64,000 nt of DNA. Source: an uncultured Bacillota bacterium. Its GTDB lineage: Bacteria > Bacillota_I > Bacilli_A > RF39 > UBA660. Position 1 is the stretch's first letter. Each line of letters opens with the position of its first letter. Below, in pieces: positions 1 through 7,641 of the stretch. The position numbers were made by a program, and so were the translations under genes. The stretch covers positions 110,650 to 174,649 of the forward strand of contig CAJMGO010000001.1 of NCBI GenBank assembly GCA_905212975.1, given 5' to 3'. Below the pieces are notes generated by a model. It was not told the DNA's origin. It ran no database searches and was given only the letters and a program-made list of their open reading frames with translations.

Positions 1-22
1 TAAATGATAGGGTGGTGAGAAA

Positions 23-256
23 ATGAAAGAAGCAAGTGGTGAAGCAAACATGACAGTAATTACTATTCTTTTAATAGCTATAGTAGGTGCTGTTGGGACA
101 ATCGTGATTAATAATATGATGAACAAAACTAAAACAAGTACTTGTTGTGAAGCAAACGGTGGTACATGGCATGGAGGAAAATGCTATTCAGACGCAACAG
201 CAGATGCAGCAGGAAAAATGACTTATTCTGGTGAATTTACTCCAAAGTGTGATTAA
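23..256 (+). CDS. Small membrane-anchored Cys-rich protein, possibly a Flp-like or minor pilin
   Basis: 77-aa ORF with RBS ggtggtgagaaaATG. It has a short polar leader (MKEASGEAN), one hydrophobic helix (VITILLIAIVGAVGTIVI) and a Cys-rich tail (CC..C..C). The family assignment is an inference from context. Confidence 0.45.
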   Translation: MKEASGEANMTVITILLIAIVGAVGTIVINNMMNKTKTSTCCEANGGTWHGGKCYSDATADAAGKMTYSGEFTPKCD

Positions 257-269
257 TAGGAGGTAGTTT

Positions 270-683
270 ATGAAACAGTCGGTAGGAACGACATTTATGT
301 TAAATTTTATAATAGTTTTTATTGTAGTAACGTTTGCGTTCTTATCGGCAACTCTAAGCTACATGAAAGCTTTTAAAGTTAATACAAAGATTGCTAATGC
401 AATTGAAAAATATGAAGGTTATAACTCTCTTGCTATAGGAGAGATTAATTCTAAATTGGATACACTAGGATATTTAAAAGGTAAAGCATCATGTTCTGAA
501 AGAAAAGGTGTTAAGGCTATTAATAGTTCTCAATTTAATTATTGTGTATATGATTATGGTATTGATAAAAATAATTATAGAAAATATGGAATAATTACTT
601 ATATTAATCTTGATTTACCAATAGTTGGTAATATTAAGATAAAAGTATATTCTGAAACTGAAAAAATGTATAATTATGGATAG
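270..683 (+). CDS. TadE/pseudopilin-like membrane-anchored protein (paralog 1)
   Basis: RBS taggaggtagtttATG. The leader MKQSVG is followed by a hydrophobic stretch TTFMLNFIIVFIVV, as in TadE/TadF-type pseudopilins but without the usual Glu. Clear paralog of 692..1141. Confidence 0.5.
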   Translation: MKQSVGTTFMLNFIIVFIVVTFAFLSATLSYMKAFKVNTKIANAIEKYEGYNSLAIGEINSKLDTLGYLKGKASCSERKGVKAINSSQFNYCVYDYGIDKNNYRKYGIITYINLDLPIVGNIKIKVYSETEKMYNYG

Positions 684-691
684 GTGATGTT

Positions 692-1141
692 ATGAGACAA
701 GCTGTTGGTAGTGCTTTTATATTGAATTTGGTTATTATTTTTATAACTCTTATGATGCTTGTTTTTGTAGGATCAATAAGTTATTCAAAGGCATATAAAA
801 CAAAGAATAGAATTATTAATATCATTGAAGATAATAAGGGATATAATGAATCTTCTATATCTGAAATTGAGACTTTTATGGCAGATACTGGATATCAGAT
901 TAGTTTGACTTCAGATTGTACTAAGGTAGCGCCAAATACTAAAAGTAGTAGTTTAGTATATCCTACTTCTAGTATTAAACCAGGATATAGGTACTGTATA
1001 TTTGAAAATAAAGCTTCAAATGATAATGGTGTTTATTATACAGTTGTAACTTTTATGAAATTTGATTTTCCTATTATAGGAAATTATATTGAATTTCCTG
1101 TAAAAGGTGAAACAAAAATATTGAGTAAATTGTGGGATTAA
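692..1141 (+). CDS. TadE/pseudopilin-like membrane-anchored protein (paralog 2)
   Basis: The leader MRQAVG is followed by SAFILNLVIIFITL. It shares SYxKAxKxxxxIxNxIExxxGYN with 270..683. Confidence 0.5.
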   Translation: MRQAVGSAFILNLVIIFITLMMLVFVGSISYSKAYKTKNRIINIIEDNKGYNESSISEIETFMADTGYQISLTSDCTKVAPNTKSSSLVYPTSSIKPGYRYCIFENKASNDNGVYYTVVTFMKFDFPIIGNYIEFPVKGETKILSKLWD

Positions 1142-1154
1142 GGAGGAAAATGGC

Positions 1155-2153
1155 ATGAATGTGATAATAGCTAATAAAAATAGGGCTATTTTAGATCAAT
1201 TGAATATTGATGTAATTAAAAAAATTGAAGGTGAATTTGATGCTGATAGTATTGTTGAAAACTTCAAGAACTTTTTTTACCAAAGAATGATTTTGGATAT
1301 TACAGCAATTAAAGGATATAAGGATATTAGAAATTTACAAAAATTATCCGTTTCACTTGATCCTGATAAAATCATTTTGTTATTAGATGATTCAGTTGAA
1401 ACTTCTGATCCCTCTTATTTATCAAAATTGATTTCTATTGGAATATATAATTTTACTAAGAATTTAGATGGGATTATGTATTTATATAATACGCCTAATA
1501 CATATAGAGATGTTGCATATATACATCAGATAGAACCTGTTGTTCAACCTCAAGTTCAACAACAACGTAATATGTTTGTTGCTCCTGTACCTATTCAAAC
1601 AGCAAGTCAAAGTAATACTGGTATGGGTAGAAGAATAATAGGTATAAAGAATGTTACTAAGCAATCTGGATCTACTACTTTAACTTATATGATGTATAAT
1701 AGATTATCTAAATTTTATGATACTGTAGCAGTAGAAGTTGGTAAATCTGATTTTAAATTTTTTAACAATCAAAATTTGAGAACAATTGATTCTAATGGAG
1801 TTAGTGATTTTATTATAAAAAATGGTAATAAAGAGATTATTTTGGTTGATACCAATGATGATGGGCATGCACTTGAATTATGTACAGATGTAATTTATTT
1901 GCTTGAACCATCTGTTATTAAATTAAATAAAATGATGATGATTCATCCTGATATGCTTGGTAAATTAAAAAATGAAAAAGTTGTTTTAAATCAAAGTTTA
2001 CTTACTCATAGAGATGTATTGGATTTTGAACGTGAATCTGGACTTAAGATTTACTATAATATGCCACCTCTTGATGAGAGAAGTAGTAATAGTAAAGATT
2101 TAGATGCATTTTTAATGAGCTTAGGATTTAATAGGATAAATGCCAGTATTTAG
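1155..2153 (+). CDS. CpaE/TadZ-like ParA/MinD-superfamily protein with a degenerate Walker A
   Basis: 332 aa. It has an N-terminal receiver-like segment, then a P-loop-like region GIKNVTKQSGSTTL where KGGxGKT is expected, and a later hhhhD (ILVDTNDD). Assigned by motif recognition only. Confidence 0.45.
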   Translation: MNVIIANKNRAILDQLNIDVIKKIEGEFDADSIVENFKNFFYQRMILDITAIKGYKDIRNLQKLSVSLDPDKIILLLDDSVETSDPSYLSKLISIGIYNFTKNLDGIMYLYNTPNTYRDVAYIHQIEPVVQPQVQQQRNMFVAPVPIQTASQSNTGMGRRIIGIKNVTKQSGSTTLTYMMYNRLSKFYDTVAVEVGKSDFKFFNNQNLRTIDSNGVSDFIIKNGNKEIILVDTNDDGHALELCTDVIYLLEPSVIKLNKMMMIHPDMLGKLKNEKVVLNQSLLTHRDVLDFERESGLKIYYNMPPLDERSSNSKDLDAFLMSLGFNRINASI

Positions 2154-2184
2154 TGTATAATACTGTTTAAAATATTGGTTTTTA

Positions 2185-2213
2185 TTGACAAAATATATAA
2201 TATAATGTATTAT
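2185..2213 (+). promoter_or_regulatory. Sigma-A-type promoter for the first pilin-like gene
   Basis: TTGACA (2185-2190), 17-nt spacer, TATTAT (2208-2213). Confidence 0.5.
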
Positions 2214-2237
2214 TTATTTAGAAAGAGGAGGTAAATT

Positions 2238-2591
2238 ATGAGTAATTTATTTATGTTAGATTGTGGCATTCAAATTGATCCAATGGTACCAGCATTTGTA
2301 CGTTTATTAATTAATGCTATTAAAATAATTGTACCAATCGTTTTAATTATATTTGGTATTGTTGAAATGTTAAAAGCTGCTACAGCTAATGATGAAAAAG
2401 TAATGAAAGAAGCACAAGGAAAATTAATTAAACGTATTATTTATGCAGTATTAATTTTCTTTATTGTAGCTATAGTTCAATTAGTATTTAATGTTTTAGC
2501 AAAAGCTGGAAGCAATGAATCAAAAAATGAAATTCCTGCTTGCATTAGTTGTTTTACATCTAATGGTGATGATTGTTGGCAAGGAAAGTAA
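2238..2591 (+). CDS. VirB2/TrbC-like pilin-like conjugal transfer protein (2-TM hairpin, copy 1)
   Basis: RBS agaggaggtaaattATG. Two hydrophobic helices flank the conserved loop AATANDEKVMKEAQGKLIKR. The tail is CISCFTSNGDDC. The gene is bounded by its own promoter and terminator. Confidence 0.6.
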   Translation: MSNLFMLDCGIQIDPMVPAFVRLLINAIKIIVPIVLIIFGIVEMLKAATANDEKVMKEAQGKLIKRIIYAVLIFFIVAIVQLVFNVLAKAGSNESKNEIPACISCFTSNGDDCWQGK

Positions 2592-2622
2592 AAAAACAAT
2601 TCTAAAAAATTGTTTTTTTTTT
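2592..2622 (+). terminator. Rho-independent terminator
   Basis: Stem AAAAACAATT / AATTGTTTTT with a 6-nt loop, followed by a T-run. Confidence 0.75.
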
Positions 2623-2656
2623 AATTCTTTGATATAATCAGTTAAGAGGTGTAATA

Positions 2657-3754
2657 ATGGATAAAAAATTATTAAAAAAATTACTTATTATAATTGGCGG
2701 TTTTGTTGGATTTTTAATTCTTTTTATAATTGTTATTTCAATTATAAGGGGTATTTCTAATAAAAAAACATCATATGAAAAAATAAAATCAAATGCTGTA
2801 GTTGGAGCACAAAAATATTATGATTCATTAAAAGAAAAACTTAATTCTGGTGAATCTATGGAAATAAGTTTTGATGAATTAATTGCTAAAAAGTACATGG
2901 ATGAATATGCTTCTAAATTGGATGATGGCGTTAAATGTAGTGGCAAGGTAATAATATCTAATAGATTTGATACTATAGTTTATACATCTAATATGGATTG
3001 TGGAAAACATTATAAAGATGAAACTTTATATGATCATATAATTTCTAATAATGAAATTGTATCTTCGGGGGATGGAATATATGATTTATATAATAGATAT
3101 ATATATCGTGGAGAAAATGTAAATAATTATGTAGAGTTTGATAATAAAACTTGGTATATTGTTGACATTGAAAAAAATGGAAATATTAGATTATTTAATT
3201 CTAAAAAATCTTTAGAAAGTGATTCTGTTTGGGATGATAGGTACAATGTTACTGAAGATACTGAAGTTGGATATAATGATTTTGAAAAAAGTAGAATTTA
3301 TGATTCACTAAAAGAATTAGAAAAAACTACAATAACAGAAAATGGAAAAAAATATATAATTCCTCAAGATATATGCTATGGAGCAAGAAATAAAAACTCA
3401 ACTGATAATAGTAACTCTATAGAATGCTCTAAGACTTTAAGTAATCATATGTTAAGTACTTTAACAGTAAGTGATGTTATTACAGCAAGTATTGATTCAA
3501 CTTGTAATTCTATAAGACAAAGTCAATGTTCGAATTATAATTATTTAGCTTCAAGAAAAATTAGTTCAATGTGGACTTTTATTGCTGATTCAGATAATAG
3601 CTATAGAGTTTATACATCGTATAAAGGAAAGGTACTTTATAAAGATACTAATGATTATTATAACTTATATGTAACAGTTAAATTATCGCCTGAAGTATTA
3701 TATTTATCTGGTGATGGTTCAGAAGAAAATCCTTATAAAATTGTAGAAAATTAG
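2657..3754 (+). CDS. N-terminally anchored extracellular protein of the transfer cluster, function unknown
   Basis: 365 aa. One TM helix (LLIIIGGFVGFLILFIIVISII) is followed by a Cys-containing ectodomain ending GDGSEENPYKIV. Confidence 0.6.
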   Translation: MDKKLLKKLLIIIGGFVGFLILFIIVISIIRGISNKKTSYEKIKSNAVVGAQKYYDSLKEKLNSGESMEISFDELIAKKYMDEYASKLDDGVKCSGKVIISNRFDTIVYTSNMDCGKHYKDETLYDHIISNNEIVSSGDGIYDLYNRYIYRGENVNNYVEFDNKTWYIVDIEKNGNIRLFNSKKSLESDSVWDDRYNVTEDTEVGYNDFEKSRIYDSLKELEKTTITENGKKYIIPQDICYGARNKNSTDNSNSIECSKTLSNHMLSTLTVSDVITASIDSTCNSIRQSQCSNYNYLASRKISSMWTFIADSDNSYRVYTSYKGKVLYKDTNDYYNLYVTVKLSPEVLYLSGDGSEENPYKIVEN

Positions 3755-3762
3755 GTGATAAA

Positions 3763-4257
3763 ATGAAAAATAAAATTAAATATTTAATTTTACCAGTATT
3801 ATTCTTAAATTTATTCTTTACATTTAATTTTAATGTAGACGCTGCAATGGAAACTAATCCTAATGCAAATTATGACACTACAACAATATCTTGCGGTAAT
3901 GGCTATGCAAAAGGAATACCAAGGGGATTAGCTATAATGTCTAGAAATGCTATAAAAGTGATTAAATATGCTGTACCTGTTGTTTTAATTATTATGGGTA
4001 TAATTGATATGATTAGAGCAGTTTCAGCTAATGATGAAAAAATCATGAAAGAAGCAACTGGAAAATTTATTAGAAGAATAATTGCTGCTGTATTGGTGTT
4101 CTTCGTTATTGCACTTTTGCAGTTTATTTTTAGAATTTTGGGAAATGCAGAAAAAGAAACAGGAAGTGGTAAGATGAATGCTGATGGTATAATGGGATGT
4201 ATTAACTGCTTTACAAATAGTGATTTATATTGTATAGAGGATATTGAAGAAGACTAA
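3763..4257 (+). CDS. VirB2/TrbC-like pilin-like protein (copy 2, with cleavable signal peptide)
   Basis: Signal peptide ending NVDA/AME. The same 2-TM core as copy 1 is present (AVSANDEKIMKEATGKFIRR), with tail CINCFTNSDLYC. The core is about 80 percent identical at nucleotide level to copy 1, judged by eye. Confidence 0.6.
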   Translation: MKNKIKYLILPVLFLNLFFTFNFNVDAAMETNPNANYDTTTISCGNGYAKGIPRGLAIMSRNAIKVIKYAVPVVLIIMGIIDMIRAVSANDEKIMKEATGKFIRRIIAAVLVFFVIALLQFIFRILGNAEKETGSGKMNADGIMGCINCFTNSDLYCIEDIEED

Positions 4258-4272
4258 TTTTAGTCTTTTTTT
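4250..4272 (+). terminator. Rho-independent terminator overlapping the stop codon
   Basis: Stem AAGACTA / TAGTCTT with a 4-nt loop, followed by a T-run. Confidence 0.65.
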
Positions 4273-4315
4273 ATTATGCTTGATAAATAATGTTATGAAT
4301 GTTTTTATATAATAG

Positions 4316-4344
4316 TTGATAAATTAAAAAAAAAAATGTATAAT
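4316..4344 (+). promoter_or_regulatory. Sigma-A-type promoter for the VirB6-like gene and downstream operon
   Basis: TTGATA (4316-4321), 17-nt spacer ending in TG, TATAAT (4339-4344). Confidence 0.55.
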
Positions 4345-4385
4345 TAATGTGAGATTTTGTGTCTTTAGAATAGGGGCGAAGTGCA

Positions 4386-6770
4386 ATGAATTTATTTAAT
4401 ATATTACTTACATATAGAAAAACTTGGTTAGGTGATATACCAAGATCACTTTTTTCTAGTATAGACAGTGCTGTATATCAAATGATATCTAGTGTTTATG
4501 GACTTATTGAGGATTTAGCACATGTTCAAATTTTTAAAGAAGGTGTAATACAAAATTTTTATAATAAAACTTATGCACTTCTTGCTATTTTCATGGTATT
4601 TAAATTAACTTTTTCTATAGTTTCATATGTATTAGATCCTGCAAAAGTTACAGACAAATCGGCTGGATTTGGTAAAATAATTACTAATGTTATGATTATG
4701 TTTGTAATGATATTATCTGCCCCAGTAGTTTTTAAAAATTTATATAAACTACAGGAAATGATATTAGATGAGGGTGTAATTTATAATTTCTTGTTTCAAC
4801 AAGGAGATCAAGAAATTAATGCTGATGGAGAAAAAAAACTTATAATAGGTGATCCGGAAGCTTGTAAGAATTGGAGAGAAAATCCGGATTATTATGGGTC
4901 TAGATCAGAGCTAATAAATTCTGAGGTAGGTAGTTGGTATGTAGCAAATAATGGTGATTATATTTCACTTATGCTATATAGAAACTTTTTTAATCTAGGA
5001 ACACTTAATGATGGGCAAAATCTAGGTTACAGAACTGGTGATGATGCTGATAATTCATATCAGTATTTATGTAATGGTAAGGATATAACTGTACATGGAT
5101 ATTCTGATATAACTGATTTAATAGATATGATAAATGATACTGTTAACCGCTCTGGGAAAAATGATTATTATGTAATTGATTATAAATATGTAGTTGGTAC
5201 TGCTGTTGGTGTATTTGTTTTACTTGAACTTATTTCAATTGCTTTTGATGTTGCTGTTAGGGCAATAAAACTAGGCTTTTTACAACTTATTGCTCCAATC
5301 CCAATTATGTCATATATAGATCCTAAATCGGGTAAAAATGGTCTGTTTTCTAATTGGATAAAAGAGGTTGGAAAAACTTGGATAAGCTTATTTACTAGAT
5401 TATTTGCTGTATTTTTTGCAGTATTTATAATATCAAGTATAGATTATGCAATGGTTGAGAGTATTAATACTGATAATTATACAATGCAATCAAAGTCGTT
5501 TTTTATAATAATGTTTGTAATAATTGGAGCGTTGATGTTTGCAAAACAATTACCACAATTATTAGAACAATTAATACCAGGTATGAAAATGGGAAAAATG
5601 CAATTAAATCCATTTAAAAAAATAGCTGACGAGGCACTTGGAGGAAAAGCCTTACTTGGTGGTGCAGCTGCTCTTGGTGCAGCAGGACTTGGTATGGCAA
5701 CAAATGTGGGATCAAGATTAGTTGATAAAAACACATGGAAAATGCGTAATAAAGATGGTAAACTTACTTTTGGTTCTGTTATGAAAGGACTTGGAGGTGG
5801 ACTTACGCGAAGTGTAACAAGTGGTATAGCTGGTGCTGGAAGTTCTGCATTTAGAGCAGGCAGAATGACTGCAAAAGATGGAAAAATTGGAAAAGGAATG
5901 TGGACTGGATATCAGGAATCTAATAAAGCTAGATTTGATAGAGACGATAATTTACGTAAAGCAGGTGTTGTAACAGCTGAAGATAAGCTTAGATATTTTA
6001 TGGGTTCTTTAGGCGCCGATGCAGCAAGATTGACCGGTAATTTAACTAAAGGACAAAGAGATCAGATTAGTTTGCAAGAAATGAAGGCAACACTTGAAAA
6101 AAGCAAATATAATTTAGAACAAAGAAAAAATGCTGCTTTAGAACCTGTAAAATCATATAGCTCGTATATGGATCAAATAAAGGATGAAGTTGATAATGAT
6201 TCAGCTGTAAAGAAAGCTAAAGAAAATTATGAATTAGCTAAATCAGGAATGATTAAGGGTGCTCATGGAAAAGGTGCAGTAGCAGAATATAAATCTAAAT
6301 TTGAAGCTGCTGAAAGAGAAGCTTATTCAAAAGTTATGTCAACGGAATATGGACAGAAGCTTAAATCAGCAGCTATTAGTGCAACTAATAGTATGAATCT
6401 ATCTGCCGAAGAAAAAACTGCATATTCTAACTTTGATAATTATTCTTCATTTAAGAAAAATAGAGGCGATTCTAAGACTTTAGCATCTTCTCGTGCATTA
6501 GATTTTGTTAATGATGAGCAAAATATTAAAGCTCAAGAAGCTGCAATACATGAATTTGAAAATAGTTCTGATTACAAGATGGGTCAAGCTACTAATAATG
6601 ACAGAAGGTCAACAGGTACATTAAAAGCTGGTCAACAAGTTAATCCTAATGTTGGTAATGTAATGGATAATCCATATTATGATCCAGGATATTATGGCAA
6701 TAATGGAGGACCTGGAAGACCACCAAGAGGTGGAAATGGTGGAGGTCCAAGAGGTGGCGGAAGACCATAA
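4386..6770 (+). CDS. VirB6/TrbL-like polytopic membrane protein with a long hydrophilic C-terminal extension
   Basis: 794 aa. Multiple TM helices include LGFLQLIAPIPIMSYIDP, a VirB6/TrbL-type motif. A Gly/Ala-rich linker and a Lys/Glu coiled region follow, and the terminal tail is GGPGRPPRGGNGGGPRGGGRP. Confidence 0.6.
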   Translation: MNLFNILLTYRKTWLGDIPRSLFSSIDSAVYQMISSVYGLIEDLAHVQIFKEGVIQNFYNKTYALLAIFMVFKLTFSIVSYVLDPAKVTDKSAGFGKIITNVMIMFVMILSAPVVFKNLYKLQEMILDEGVIYNFLFQQGDQEINADGEKKLIIGDPEACKNWRENPDYYGSRSELINSEVGSWYVANNGDYISLMLYRNFFNLGTLNDGQNLGYRTGDDADNSYQYLCNGKDITVHGYSDITDLIDMINDTVNRSGKNDYYVIDYKYVVGTAVGVFVLLELISIAFDVAVRAIKLGFLQLIAPIPIMSYIDPKSGKNGLFSNWIKEVGKTWISLFTRLFAVFFAVFIISSIDYAMVESINTDNYTMQSKSFFIIMFVIIGALMFAKQLPQLLEQLIPGMKMGKMQLNPFKKIADEALGGKALLGGAAALGAAGLGMATNVGSRLVDKNTWKMRNKDGKLTFGSVMKGLGGGLTRSVTSGIAGAGSSAFRAGRMTAKDGKIGKGMWTGYQESNKARFDRDDNLRKAGVVTAEDKLRYFMGSLGADAARLTGNLTKGQRDQISLQEMKATLEKSKYNLEQRKNAALEPVKSYSSYMDQIKDEVDNDSAVKKAKENYELAKSGMIKGAHGKGAVAEYKSKFEAAEREAYSKVMSTEYGQKLKSAAISATNSMNLSAEEKTAYSNFDNYSSFKKNRGDSKTLASSRALDFVNDEQNIKAQEAAIHEFENSSDYKMGQATNNDRRSTGTLKAGQQVNPNVGNVMDNPYYDPGYYGNNGGPGRPPRGGNGGGPRGGGRP

Positions 6771-6793
6771 AATGAAAAAGGAGGAATAAAAAG

Positions 6794-7117
6794 GTGAATG
6801 GAATTTATTTAATACCTGCAAATGCCAAAAAATCATTATTGATTTTTGGACTATTTAATAAGGTTGATTTAATAATATTTGGTTCAGGGTGCTTAGCAAC
6901 ATTACTTATGATACTTACAATACCAGTTGGAAGTTTTGTTTGGAGTATTGTTGCTATCCTACCTGCTTTAATATGTGGACTTTTGGTATTGCCAATACCA
7001 AATTATCATAATATTTTAGGTGGAATTAGATCAATAATTGTTTATTTTAAGGAAAGAAAGAATTTCATATGGAAGGGTTGGTGTTTTAGTGAAAACGCAG
7101 AAGAGTCAAAAGAGTAA
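6794..7117 (+). CDS. Small 2-TM protein in the VirB3/PrgI/TcpE position
   Basis: 107 aa with a GTG start after aaaggagga. It has two hydrophobic helices and lies immediately upstream of the VirB4-like genes. Confidence 0.5.
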   Translation: MNGIYLIPANAKKSLLIFGLFNKVDLIIFGSGCLATLLMILTIPVGSFVWSIVAILPALICGLLVLPIPNYHNILGGIRSIIVYFKERKNFIWKGWCFSENAEESKE

Positions 7118-7640
7118 ATATACAAATTCATTTGTGCCGGTTCAGGCTATCACAAATGGTATGATTATTCTTGATAATGGTGAAAAGATTACTGGTATTA
7201 AAATAATGCCAAGGAATATATTTATTCTTGAGCAAAATATGCAGGATGCTATTATAACAAATTTACGTAATGCTTATAATGCAATTGATTATGAATTTTG
7301 GCTTGTAGTTGCTGATAGACCTGTTGATATAAATGTATATTTATCACAATTACAACTTTTATATAATTCTGTTACAGATCAAGCTAAAAGAAAATTGATT
7401 ATGGAAGATATAGATAAAGCTAATATGTTTATGGATAATAATATAGTTGATACAGAATATTATTTACTTTTCAGAGAAAAGGATACTGAGGTTGCAAATA
7501 AAAAGATTAGACAATTGATTATGAATTTTGCTAATGCAGGGCTTAATTCACATCAAACTACTAATGATGATTTAAGAATTGTACTTGATAACTTCTTGAA
7601 TGGTGGAGTTAGTACTACTTTTGGGACGGTGATGGGATAA
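7089..7640 (+). CDS. VirB4-family N-terminal domain encoded as a separate ORF
   Basis: SFVPVQAITNGMIILDNGEKITGIKIMPRNIFILEQN resembles the start of Gram-positive VirB4 (CD1110-type) ATPases. The start is uncertain: the ORF track begins at 7038 (TTG), and GTG 7089 follows GGAAGGG. The stop at 7638-7640 lies 1 nt before the next ATG. Confidence 0.55.
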   Translation: MKTQKSQKSKYTNSFVPVQAITNGMIILDNGEKITGIKIMPRNIFILEQNMQDAIITNLRNAYNAIDYEFWLVVADRPVDINVYLSQLQLLYNSVTDQAKRKLIMEDIDKANMFMDNNIVDTEYYLLFREKDTEVANKKIRQLIMNFANAGLNSHQTTNDDLRIVLDNFLNGGVSTTFGTVMG

Positions 7641-7641
7641 T

